Source: Sphyrna mokarran (Eukaryota). Taken from it: DNA of 64,000 nucleotides. The translations under genes were made by a program, and so were the position numbers. Shown here in pieces: positions 11,605 through 23,156 of this stretch. The notes below the pieces were generated by a model. The model ran no database searches. It was not told the origin of the DNA and worked only from the letters and a program-made list of their open reading frames with translations. The DNA lies in NCBI GenBank assembly GCA_024679065.1, contig JAGIQG010000040.1:6014001-6078000 (forward strand), given 5' to 3'. Position 1 is the stretch's first letter. Each line of letters starts with the position of its first letter.

Positions 11605-12669
11605 TCAGTTTAGAAAATGAAAAGGTTAATTCCAAACTAAAAGCGTGTTTCCCTTGTGACAGGTACCAAAACTTGCGGGATAATGTTAATAAACTCCTCA
11701 AGAACTGCTCAGAAATTGTGAGATTGTGTTTTATTTTTCGCCATGATGTTTCTTGGTTTCTGATAACCTATTCTTCAGAAATCAGTGGTGGCAAGGTCAT
11801 TGAACAAAATCACGATGGGGGTGGGGTCGATTATTGAATGACCAGGGAGTCAGAGTGTACACGGGGAGACATGGGAATACAGATGTGACAATTCAATCAG
11901 CCAGGATCTTATCAAATGTCGGGCAGTCTCGGGGTGGCAGAGTTGCTTAGTCCTGCTCCGAATTTGTCTGTTCACATGGCTACAAGTTGACTTATTATAC
12001 GACTTGATTACAAATCGCCTTTATACAGACGTTAAACGTCATAAATGCCCTCATGATATTTTAATGTGCTTTTTGTCTCCTTTACTCCCATTTCCCCGCC
12101 TGTGAAACAACCATTTCTCATCTCCTCTCTCAGCAGCTTATAACTGGCCTGTTCAGAGGCTGTATTTCATCAGTGCGTGTTCCTGCATCAGAAACAGCGG
12201 ATCTGCAATCAACATGTCCCACAGAGTAATGGAGAATGGGCTGCTTGTGTTTCAGTCTGTCTCCCGGAGGATAATATTGTTTCCCCTTTTCCTTTAACTG
12301 TTCTTTTTATGATGATCATTAACAAACCTCACAGCAGATCGCTGTCTCTCACTGGGACATTGGCTGCAGCACAGATCCAGGGGGTTTCTTTCATTGATAT
12401 CCAGCTCATACAGGACGCCCGGTCACTGAGGGCGGGGATTATAACGGCTGCCTTCACTTATGATTCTGGGATGTTTTCTCTCTTCCGCTGCAGTTGTGCA
12501 GCTCATTTTCTCGGCCTCTCCCGCTAACCGTTGGCTGACAGTTTGATCCGAGGTTAATCTGGTTTCCTCTCGGTGTCTATCTGAGCGCCTGCGAGCGCCG
12601 CTGCTTTGCAGCAACCGCAGTCCTGCTTAAAGCTCAACAGAGCGGAGCTCGCACTAACAACCCAAAGGC

Positions 12670-12708
12670 AGTTTTTGTACAGGGGTGAGACTGCTTTCCA
12701 TCACTGTG
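12670..12708 (-). other. 23-RSS of V3
   Basis: CACAGTG (12702-12708), 23-bp spacer, ACAAAAACT (12670-12678). Confidence 0.96.
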
Positions 12709-13163
12709 ATGGACTGAAAGCGCAGTAATACACGGCGGCATCAGTCAGCTGCAGATCCGAGATCTTTAAACTGGTGAATTTAGTCGAGGTCTGAAGATTT
12801 ATAGAGAAACGGCTTTTGGCAAAATCTGCCTTACGTTCATTATTATCTGTACCTCTCCACACTATAAACTCGGGCTGGTTTCCTGGGAGTTGTCGGTACC
12901 AGTGTAATGTATAGTCGCTCTGTGTAGTTTCATAGTTACAGGTTAATACGAGCTCTGCTCCTTCTGCCTTAACATCTGAGGGCAGCGACTGAGTGACAGA
13001 ATCTCCATGAGTTAAATCTGGAAAATAGAACATTAATAAGAAAAAGTTTAGACCGGTGGCTGATTGAAATGTGATTCCAATCAAGCTTGGGGAATGAAAA
13101 AGCGCATCCACATTTACCTGTCAGCAATGTTCCCCACACAACCCAGATGCTGAGCAGCCGCAT
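12709..13163 (-). CDS. TCR alpha/delta-type V gene segment V3 (leader 13118-13163, V exon 12709-13017)
   Basis: Leader MRLLSIWVVWGTLLT; 100-bp intron; V exon DLTHGDSVTQ...LVLTC...WYRQLPGNQPEF...DAAVYYCAFSP. Confidence 0.92.
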
Positions 13164-13214
13164 TGTCTCTGTCCTCTCTGTGAAAGGGGAGAGGGGGTTT
13201 GGATATTTAGCCTC

Positions 13215-13278
13215 CCTTTTTAAACCCCGCCCTTAATAATCTGTTACCGGCTCTCAGGCTGCGCTCCCCTCACTTCCT
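13215..13278 (-). promoter_or_regulatory. Putative V promoter (ETS motif AGGAAGTG, GC box, TATA-like TTTAAAAA), representative copy
   Basis: AGGAAGTG lies 102-108 bp upstream of the ATG in all three subfamilies (2426, 6080, 13271, 18206). GGGCGGGG is present in V1 and V3-type genes. Confidence 0.6.
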
Positions 13279-13784
13279 CGCTTTCCCATTGGTGCTGTGA
13301 GGCCGGCAGAGAGCAAAGAGAATCAACCCCCGGGCTGCATTCCGCTCACTGTTCTTGCAGAGAAAATGCTTCCAGAATTATACACCAGAGTTGGGGAAGG
13401 AACACCTTCACCATAATTGTACCAAAGAAAGTAAATAATTTTTCAATGAGTTTGTCACTTTGTTTTCACGGATTTGGCTCCACTATCAGCGTAGTGATAA
13501 CCATGACTCCAGTGAAATTCCTCTCAAGGGCTTTAATTATTATTAATATATGAAGTAATTGTATATGAAGCGGGCTTGTTGGGCCGAAGGGCCTGTGTAT
13601 CGTGCTGTGTTGTTCTTTGTTCTTTGTTCTAATGTCAGAGTTGCTGGAAAGTCTTGTTTTTCTACTCAATTCTCCCCTTGAGAAGGAGAGAGAGTTTGAA
13701 GCGCTTTTAAACTGCTGTGATCTCTCAGATCGATTAACATGGAGAAAGAGTATGTGTAATGCATTCAGCTTTTCCACTAGTGCA

Positions 13785-13990
13785 AAGTTCCTCCGGATGC
13801 TGCGGTTTCATCCCAAACTCCAAAGATGTGCAGGATAGGTGGATTGGCCACGCCATCTTGCCCCTCAGTGTCCCAAGGAGTGTGTATAGGTTGGGCGGGG
13901 GTGTTAGCGGGTTGAATATGTGGGCTCCGGGGATAAAGCCTGTGTAGGATTGTTGTCGGGAAGTCGGTGCAGGTTCAGGATTTTATGGTC
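13785..13990 (+). mobile_element. HE1/V-SINE-like fragment (copies near 25255, 32675, 44247, 55727, 61625)
   Basis: TTCCTCCGGATGCTGCGGTTTCATCCCAAACTCCAAAGATGTGCAGG...GATTGGCCACGCCATCTTGCCCCTCAGTGTCC. Confidence 0.75.
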
Positions 13991-14378
13991 TTGTGATATT
14001 CAGGCAAAAAATGTTTTTAAAAACATGTTAAAGGAACCTGCAGCCGACATTGGAGCGTAATCATTATCCCATCACACCTCATTATAGATAAAACACTCCA
14101 GTGCATTTTACCGTTCTGCTCTCAATGTTGGAAATGTTCTAAAGGGAAATGTTTCATTGAGAATGTCAACATCGAGACGCAGTTGCCTACCAATGCTGTT
14201 GCTGCGGAACTTTGGACCATAGTTCCGTAGATGCCGTTTCAAGTAGCTGTATTTGGTTGCATTGAACTGGGTTGCAATCATTAGTGTCTATTTTTGTTGA
14301 GTATGAAGGTAACTATCTGGAATATATTCACTGAGAGCGAGTCAATATCCCAATGCTGAAACTCTAGTAGAGCTGAAA

Positions 14379-14391
14379 CGCCCTCTGGTGG
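14379..14391 (-). promoter_or_regulatory. Putative CTCF site CCACCAGAGGGCG (copies 33269, 44841, 62215)
   Basis: Matches the CTCF core CCASYAGRKGGCR; about 1.2 kb upstream of the V3-type ATG. Confidence 0.6.
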
Positions 14392-16855
14392 TATTTTTTC
14401 TAATTGCGCGCCTCAATGTTCCACTTCTCCCTGAGAGATTGCACAGGACTGTGTTGTGGTGTGGGAGATCCTTACTCTTGGACAGGATGACTCGTGTGGT
14501 GGGGAAGAGAAAGATATTTTACTCTGAGGGATTTTTTTTGCGCTGATTGGGCCCAAGGATGGATATGCATTTTGCCTGTTGGGAAATTAATTTGGGAAAA
14601 TTATGATTTATACATTATGCTTTCAAGATTTATTTTTAAAAAAACAATGAGGGAACATTTTACAGAAAAGTTTTATTTTAAAATGCACAGAAGAGAACGT
14701 AACGATTGGTTTTCAAATTGAGAACAAAGCACGTGTGCTCTAAGCTGCCCAATGTATGTAGAACCGATACCAGAAAGAGAAACCAGGAGTTCAACAAAAA
14801 GAGAAGGAAACAATTCTTCATAATCAGTATGAAAAGTTGCTTATCTATTCCTGAAATGTCGGTGAAACTACGAGCCATATTTAATTTACAATATTTAATA
14901 TGGGTTCTCGATCTCTGGTCTTGCTCACGGTGCCACTGAGCGCTTGGCTGTTTCTCAAACCATCATCCACTTGAACTGTCACTGCTTCCGATCCTCTCTG
15001 CTTCCTGTGTGTAGCAGCAGAGTATATTGGTTCATAGCGGCTGAATCATAGACTGTTGTAGCGCTAACAGGGACCATTCGGCCATTTCTCACGTACTGTC
15101 TCTGTTAATGCCTTGCCCACTTATTCTTTATCTGCAGCTTGCATTCAATCATACATTCTTAAAATTTCCAATTGCTGGTCAAATATTTATCCACCTGATC
15201 CCTGAAAATTACTTATAGATCCTGTCTCCATTACAGTTTGACATGCAGCATCGCGTCTTCAAACAGCTCAAAACACAAAGGTCACTCACTTCGGAATCAC
15301 CGGAAATGCTGCCATCCAGTCAGGCACTGAGACACCAGCCCACTGTCTTTGTTTCTGTCCAACCTTTTCCAAACCTGCTTTGAATGGGTACTAGTCTGCC
15401 AACTACTTTTTGGAAGTTATTCTTCATTAGAAAGAAATAGAAAACAGAACCCAGCCAGATGAGGGAATCGAGACACAATGCGGATCTACTGGACTTTCCT
15501 AAAGATAGCCGGAATTTATGCGCCTGAATGTTTTATAATTCCATCATTAAAAGGCTCAAGTGCAACTAACCGATGCCTTTTCAATCTTTTCCATGTAAAT
15601 GGAATTGATTTTGTTTAACGACAGATTATAATCAACGTCAAAATTGCGGTATCATTGCCAGACTCGGTTCCATCTGTTGATCAGTTATATTTACAATTCA
15701 ATGATATTCAATTTCAGAGACGTTCAAATCATTGTGAAGAATTATTTGTGAAATATTGCATTGACATCAAATATTGAAACAAATACTGTGCACACAAAGA
15801 CTGAATGAGCTTTGGCAAAGTGTCATCTGGGTCCTTAACTCTCCTTACAGGTGCTGTCAGATATTGTGAGATTTTGCAGCATTTTCTCTTTTCTCATCCG
15901 CAGTAATTTGCTTTTGTTTCTGAGTACAATCGATTGAGATTATTCAAAGAAAATGATGCGTTAATGAACGGGCAGAAATGATTGCTGTCTTAGATATTCG
16001 CGAGGCGAACAATTTTAAATTTTGATGTTCTGGTTAAGTCTTACAATCAGGTTGAAAGCAACGATTATCTTTCTGAATTAAGTGACATGGGCTGTCAGTC
16101 TAACCATCGGATCCTGCAGCAACACAGCGTAGTTGAATATTGTAGACAGGCAGATTTGTTTCTGGGTGTTTCAATCTGCTTCTGTAGTCTAGCAATTATC
16201 ACCTACCACGCGAAAACTCCCTGGTTCAAAACTGGGCAGAAACGGTCATTAAAAGCTTTCTCGCGCCTGGTAAGGGAAAATTGCTTGATTTCAGTTTATT
16301 CTTCAACATTATCCAAACCTCGATATTTAAAGCATGATATCATTGCTCTAACATCGCCCGCAAATGCTTTCTGTGAAGTAAGAAACGCTTCACTTTTTGA
16401 TGCACTGGCAGGAAAGTTCGATTTTGACACCACGCACATGTTCACATCTCGTTCAGTCTACACAGAACTTAATGGGTTTATAGGCGCAAACTAATATGGT
16501 CAATCACCGTCTGAAATATCTGATAGTAAAGTGTGTTCAAAAAGACGGATACAAGCGATACTGTAAGTGAACTAGCGGAAATGGGGCACATTTCACAGAA
16601 AAATCTTTTTTTTTAATCTTGTTTTGATCACTAAGATACAGAAAAAGCCACTCAGACAGATGAGGGAATGGAGACTCAGTGCGGATCTTCTGGACTTTCC
16701 TATAAAGGGCCGGAACTTATGTATGTGGTATAATACCATATATTCAATTGGTGTCAGCTCTTGGTCAGAATCAGTTAAGTTACAAGGAGCATACTTCGCA
16801 GGGCAGTGATTAAACCAATCTCAAAAATAGATCGTTTCTGTATCGATTTTGATTC

Positions 16856-17166
16856 ATGATGTGGAGTTGCTGTCGTTGAACTGGGGTAGGCATAGGAAGT
16901 AGTTCGCAACGTCAGGCTAAAGTCCAACAGGTTTAATTTGATCGCACGAGCTTTTGGAGCACTGTCCCTTCATCAGGTGAGTGCAGGAATTATTTCACAG
17001 GCAGTGCATATATAGACACAAACTAAAGTACTAAACAATGGTTGGAATTCGAGTCTTAGCAGGTAATTAAGCCTTTACAAGAGCAAAAAATGTGAATGAA
17101 GAGAGGGTTCAACACAGCTTATAGAAGTGTGAATTGTAGCCAAGCAGGACAGTTAGGCAGAATCAC
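16856..17166 (-). mobile_element. Penelope-type terminal fragment with decayed hammerhead motif (copies near 35738-36049 and 47318-47628)
   Basis: 9-bp target-site duplication TTTTGATTC (16847-16855 and 17167-17175); the paralogous V2 flank (~5017-5030) is an empty site. Confidence 0.75.
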
Positions 17167-17606
17167 TTTTGATTCAAAACGTCTCCCTCATGCTGGAATA
17201 TATTCATTCTCAATTGGTTCTTGATTTAATGGTGATCATCGACAAACTGTCTTTTAGTCTCAATCTCAAACACCTCAACGAATTCCCCCTATCGGAACAA
17301 CATAGCGCAGTTTTGGGCGTTTCCATTCACTGGAATGCAATTTGCTACAGGGAAGACTTGCGCCAGTTCTAAGGCCCAGGATTAGATAGATTCAGATATG
17401 ATTCTCTCTGTGTCCATCTGTCCAATTCGATTCTACAGTTTGTTCTATTTTCTATGTCGCCCCGGGAAACAGTTGTGCGTCAGTTTGTTTCGAGGTTAAT
17501 GTGGCTTAATTGCATTGTATGTTTGAACGGCTGAGAGCAGTGCTCCTCATTGTGGCTGCATCTGTCCCACATTCTACACAAACCCCAGACAGGAGCTCCC
17601 ACACAC

Positions 17607-17645
17607 AGTTTTTGTACAGGGGACAGACTGTTTTGTAGCACTGTG
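17607..17645 (-). other. 23-RSS of V4
   Basis: CACAGTG (17639-17645), 23-bp spacer, ACAAAAACT (17607-17615). Confidence 0.96.
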
Positions 17646-18103
17646 AGGCTGAATGCACAGTAATATACAGCAGAGTCTGTCAGCTGCAAACTCGAGATAG
17701 TCAAACTGGTGAATTTCTTCGCGATCTGAAGCTCCATGGAGAAACGTGTTTTAGCAAAATCTGCGTTCTCTTCATAACTATTGGTGTTCTTCAGCCAAAC
17801 AAACTCGGGTTGTGTCTCTGGATACTGTCGGTACCAATATAACACATAGCTGCTCATTGTAGTCTCATAGTTACAGTTTAAAGTCACCGCTTCTCCTTCT
17901 GTCTTTGTATCTGATGAAAGCGGCTGAGTGACAGTGTCTGCATGAGCCCCATCTGAAAGAAGAACAGAAAAGTTACCATCGGCAGCTGATCAAATTCTGA
18001 TTTAGCCCATGGGTGGGAAACTAGAGAAAAGACGAAATGTCTTTCCTCCACGGTTACCTGTCAGGAATGCTCCCCACACAATCCAGATGCTGAGTAGTCG
18101 CAT
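17646..18103 (-). CDS. TCR alpha/delta-type V gene segment V4 (leader 18058-18103, V exon 17646-17952)
   Basis: Leader MRLLSIWIVWGAFLT; V exon DGAHADTVTQ...VTLNC...WYRQYPETQPEF...DSAVYYCAFSL. Confidence 0.92.
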
Positions 18104-19294
18104 TCTATCTGCCCGCTCTGTAAAAGGGCTGCTCGGTATTTGAAGACGCTCTTTGTAATCCTCGCCTTCTATAATCTGCTGTCGTGTTTCGGTCTGTTCT
18201 CAGCTCACTTCCTGTGTCCCCAGATTGACATATCGTGAGGTCGCAGGCAGTTACTAAAAGCACCTTGACACCGAATGCTATCACTGTTCTTAAAAAAGGG
18301 AATGGATCCGGATTTATTTTCCGGGTTGGGACAGAAACCGTTCCACAAACGCTGTGATCCAACAGGATGCTATTAATAAAGAGAAGGAATCCATTTAACT
18401 TTACCATTTTTTTCTGATAATGCATATTTAACTTTATCATTAACAAAGCAAGATGAGACACACAGGGGCAGTAAAAGGAATAGGGGAACATGAGCGTGTT
18501 TGCAAGCAAGTGATCGACGGGAACATATTGAGAAAAATTAAGAGGATATTTACTTTGGCAAGAAAAATAGGAAACAATAAAATCATACACTTAAATGGTG
18601 AGAATCAATTATATTGTGGTATGCAGCCGTATCTCACCGCCCTTCTATACACACATAACCTACAGGTGGAGACAGCAATCCCGAAGGCAAATACAATTTT
18701 GGCCTTCATTTCAAAGCAATTGAGCTGCACCAGAATGGTCACATTGCAGCAATGGAAGAGGACTTGGGTTTAGCCACATTTGGAGCGGCTTCCCGTCAGT
18801 AATCTTAAGGGAGGGTGCATTTGCTCAAGGTTTGTAGGCGAAATGTTCAAGTGGTAATGGAGAGGCTCCTTAACCTTTACCTGCCCCTATTCATTAGACC
18901 CCATGGCAGCACTTGAGAAAGAGGAGTCTTGAAAGAGGAAGAAATAATGAAGGATTGTTTGAGGAAAGGAGAGCCGGAGAGGCAGATAAATAATGGAGAG
19001 AGGGGCTATGCGGGAGTCAGAGATGGAATGGAAGATGCAGTGAGAGAGAGGGCAATGAATGATTAGGAAAATAATTGGTGGTTTGGAGAGATAGAATATG
19101 ATTTGGAAACACAGAAAGAGGTAAGGCGGCTTCCATAGCTGAATAGCTCACTAGATGTCAAAACAGAATTCGGAGCTTTGATTCCTGTCTGTAGTCAGTG
19201 TCACGACGTGAACCGTCTATCCCTTAATTCGCAGCTAGCAGTGTGAGCAATATACAAATGGATCCTTCCTGCCTTTTTTTCCCATTCCTTTCAA

Positions 19295-21050
19295 TCATTT
19301 CTTCTGACAATCCACTGCATCCACGCCTTTCATAGTCTTGAAGACATTTATCAGGTCTCCACTTAACCTCCATCCCTCCAGTGAGAACAAACCAAACTTC
19401 TCCAAACTCTCCTCATAGCTAATGCCCTCCATACCAGGCAACATCCTGGTAAATCTTTTCTGTGCCCTCTCCAAAGCCTCCACGTCCTTCTGGTAGTGCG
19501 GCGACCAGAATTGTGTACCTGTACATCCAGATCCCTTTGCCCATCAATACTCTTAAGCGTTCTGCCATTTACTGTATGGTTTCCATCTGTGTTAGGCCTT
19601 CCAAAATGCATTACCTCACATTTGTCTGGATTATGCTCCATCATTCATCTCGACACCCAAGTCTCCAACTGTTCTATATCCTGCTGCATCCTCTGATGGT
19701 CCTCATCACTATCCGCAAATCCACCAACCTTTGCGTCGTCTGCAAGCTTACTAATCAATCCAGTTACATTTTACTCCAATTTATATATATATATTACAAA
19801 GTGCAAAAGTCCCAGCACTGATCTCTGAAGAACAGCACTTGTCACAGCCCTCCATTCAGAAACGCACCATTCCACTGCTACTCTCTGTCTTCTTTGATCA
19901 AGCTAATTTTGTACCCATCTTGCCAGCTCATCTCTGATCCCATGCGGTTTCACCTTCTGCACCATTCTGCCATGAGGGACCGTGTCAATGGCCTTACTGA
20001 AGTCCATGTAGACAATATCCACTGTCCTACCCTCATCAATCATCTTCATCACTTCCTCAAAAAACTCGATCCAGTTCATGAGACACAACCTCCCCATCAC
20101 AAAACCACGTTGCCTCGGACAAATAAGTCCTATTATTTCCAAGTGGGAATAAATACTGTCTCGAAGAATCCTCTCCAATTATTTCCCTACCACTGAAGTA
20201 AGGCTCACCGGCCTGTAATTACCTGGATTATTCTTGCTACCCTTCTTAAATAAGTGTCTATTCTCCAATCTTCTGAGATATTGTCTATACAGTAAGCGGT
20301 CTGACAACACAAGGTTTAAATCCAACCGATTTATTTGACAGTAAACTCACAAGCTTTCGACCCTCTGGCCTTCGTCAGGTGAATGAGATGTTCCGGTCTC
20401 AAACACCTCATTCACCTGACGAAGACCAGAGATTCAAAATTTTGTGAGTTTATTATCAAATAAGTCGGTTGGATTTAAACCTGGTGTTGTCAGACTTCTT
20501 GCTATGTTTACCCCAGTCCAACGCCAGCATCTCTACATATTCCCTGTAGTCAATGAGGCTACAAAGATTTTTCTTGCTTCTCTCGGTATACTGGGATATG
20601 TCCCACCAGGCCCTGGAGACTTGTCTACCTTGATGTTTCTCAAGAACCTCCTCCATTTTGATCTCAACATGACTCAAACTATCTACACATCCTTTCCCCG
20701 ACTCCTCATCCACCAAGTCCTTCTCTTTGGTGAATACTGACGCAAAGTAGTCATTTAATACCTCACTCATTTCCTCTGGATCCATGCGTAGATTCCTTCC
20801 CTTGTCCTTGAGTGGGCCAACCCCCTCCCTGGCTACCCTCTTGCTCTTTACATATGTGTAGAAAGCCTTGCGATTTTCCTTCATCATGCTGGCCAATGCT
20901 ATTTCATGACCCCTTTTAGCTCTTCCTAGTTTTTGCTTAAGTTTTTTTCTACTTTTCTTGTATTCCACACTTGCTTCTGTGTTCCCAGCCTCCTAGCTTT
21001 GACAAGTGTTTCTTTTTACACTCTAACTAGGCTCACAATATCTCTCAGTT
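19295..21050 (-). mobile_element. Degenerate CR1 LINE ORF2 with internal deletions and frameshifts, interrupted by a nested palindromic element
   Basis: KAFYTYVKSKR...FASVFTKE, VDIVYMDFSKA.D.VPH, NPDKCEVMHFG and RFTRMLPGM...GLFSLE motifs in the expected order. Confidence 0.9.
20290..20538. mobile_element. Palindromic Penelope-type element (family B) nested in CR1; copies near 39177-39425 and 50757-51005
   Basis: About 98-bp inverted arms, the same tail as family A, and a CTGACGA...GAAAGCTTGTG motif. Confidence 0.75.
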
Positions 21051-21900
21051 TGACCATCTCGGGTATTACTGCGATCTCGCTGAAACTCACAGCGATGGAA
21101 AGCAGTCTGATTCCTGAAAAAAAACTGCCTTGAATTATAAGCTGAAAATCCTGTCTGCTGCGGGTTGCTCAGAATCGCGGGCAGATGCAGCCATAATGTG
21201 ACTGTCAGTTAACGCAAGAATCCTCATTAATCTGGGATCAACCCAAGTGTTTCCAGTATTCTGCCACTTCAATCATTGTGTGTCTATGAGTCTGTGAGAT
21301 CCCTCAGCGCTGAACTGGCTGATATCGAAAAGGAAATCCTCGAGCCGAGCTGATTTCAGCACCTCGATCGGGGAACGGGTACACTGTTCCAAATGGGGTC
21401 GCGGGGATGAAACACTGCTCTGTTAATTAACAGCACCAAATTCTGGGTTGCTTAGAGTAACAAACAACATTAAAGAAACATTCTGAAGTTCACTGGTCAT
21501 TGGGGGAATTCTGCGCTCATTGTCCATTTAAAAGATCACAGTCACTTCATTGTGAAATTTCTTCATTTTGTATACACTTCCTTAGAAGCAGCAGCACATC
21601 TCTCAGATCAAATAAACCCAGTGACCAGGCCTCAGTAAAAGAATTCAGAACCCGTCAGGAGAGACGGGGATCGAGTTGCTCAGTATTCGAGACATGGAAA
21701 CTGCATCCTAGGGCAATAACTAAACTAATAAAATCGAATAGATTTAAAAAGATCGGCGATAGCACAAATGCAAGTTAAAATAAACTAATATAACTTCTCA
21801 AACGTTGCTCACCTCTTGTTGGGGTATTTTTTGATATTTTGGGAAGGGCCCAGTGACTCACACAGACAGTGAATTATTGGTTCTGTTTATCAGCATTAGA

Positions 21901-21914
21901 GCGCCCTCTGGTGT
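21901..21914 (-). promoter_or_regulatory. Putative CTCF site ACACCAGAGGGCGC (copies 40788, 52368)
   Basis: One mismatch to the CTCF core. Confidence 0.55.
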
Positions 21915-22426
21915 TACAGAACTGGAACTCCCCGGTGTGGGGTTATTGTCCGGGATCCGCTCTATCTCTGCACCAGTGTGGGCTCCGGGGCACAGAAATA
22001 CACGGCGCTGTCGGAGAGAAGCTTCCCGGCTATATTAAAAAGAACAGTTTTATTTCCTTTGCGCAAAACAGCAGGAAAATCTGTCCGATAGATCTTGAAA
22101 AATTATCTTCCGTGTTATATATCTTCAATAAATATTTATTTTAAATATTAAACACAATTATCTCGAACTGCAACTCCAGACAATATCTCTCACGAGGAAT
22201 GGATTACAAAATTACTTATACGGTGTCCGTTGGCAAATGGGTGAACGCGCCGCCCGAGTCCTTGTTGCAAACTTTCATTCCAATGTTAGGAATGGAAGTT
22301 TGCAACAGGGAATGAACAATGTTATTCAATATTGGCACTTCATCAACCGGATACCAGTTCCAATCATCCAGTGACTAAATTACCCCGAGCCTCACAGAGA
22401 CCAGCGCCCGCGGGAAGTACAATCTG

Positions 22427-22440
22427 TCAGCAGATGGCGA
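22427..22440 (+). promoter_or_regulatory. Putative CTCF site TCAGCAGATGGCGA (copies 41315, 52894; weaker 10854)
   Basis: Near-match to the CTCF core, in the opposite orientation to 21901. Confidence 0.5.
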
Positions 22441-22912
22441 CATTGTATTATTTAAATCGAAGATAGTGAAACTGCAGATTGAAATCACAGCTGAGTTTAG
22501 TTTTCTTGATACCAGCTTCCCTGGAAGAGTGCAGTCCCACCACCATCGCCACCATTTCAAATGCAATGAGGAAAGTGCAATAAATTGTGGACTCAACAAC
22601 GAAGCCCACATTTGGTCAAATTAATTTTAAAATGATTTGTCTAGGGGATATTTGTAGTGTCCCGTTCCCCAGTGACCTCGAGTGGAGCGGAATTGCAATC
22701 AGTTTTACACTGTTTAAGCTGACCATAATTGGAGAGATCCCTGATCACAAATACCAGTCCAATAAATCTCCTTCCGGCCCGTCAAGGCCAGTTGTGTGCA
22801 GAGTAATATTTTACAGTGATAAAGATATTTTTCAAAATACACAACTTATTTGAATGAAACAGAAAAAAATCCGTATCATTCATTCCTGGAATTATAGTGT
22901 CAGTTTAGAATG

Positions 22913-23156
22913 CAGTAAGAAGTCTCACGGCATCAGATTAAAGTCCAATCAGTTTATTTGATAGTAAATTCACAAGCTTTCAGGGTTTGCCCCTTCGTCA
23001 GGTGTGGGAGAGTTCTGTTCTGAACTGTCCACTCACAGGACGAAGTGGCAAACCCCGAAAGCTTGTGGGTTACTATTAAATAAGCCTGTGGACTTCAACC
23101 TGATGTTGGAAGACTTCTTACTGTCTTTACCCCAGTCCAACGCTGGCATCTCCACA
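22913..23156. mobile_element. Palindromic Penelope-type element (family A), duplicate
   Basis: 13-bp target-site duplication TCAGTTTAGAATG at 22900-22912 and 23157-23169. Confidence 0.78.

Noticed and set aside
12177-12527. Repeated ORFs such as MFLHQKQ..., MWWGRERY... and the 135-aa MGCQSNH...
   Set aside because: They recur only because of recent duplication, are broken by indels or stops in some copies, and have no recognisable domain.
12701-13111. 136-aa ORF 'MDALF...' as a single-exon gene (and its copies)
   Set aside because: It starts at a GTG inside the leader intron and runs into the RSS. The real structure is leader exon plus V exon.
15805-15915. Penelope/SINE-like remnant as a further hammerhead (similar remnant ~10075-10150)
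   Set aside because: The catalytic core is not recognisable; too degraded to call.
17480-17645. C-terminal extension of V2/V4-type ORFs through the RSS
   Set aside because: Chance read-through of RSS and flank; this DNA is removed on rearrangement.
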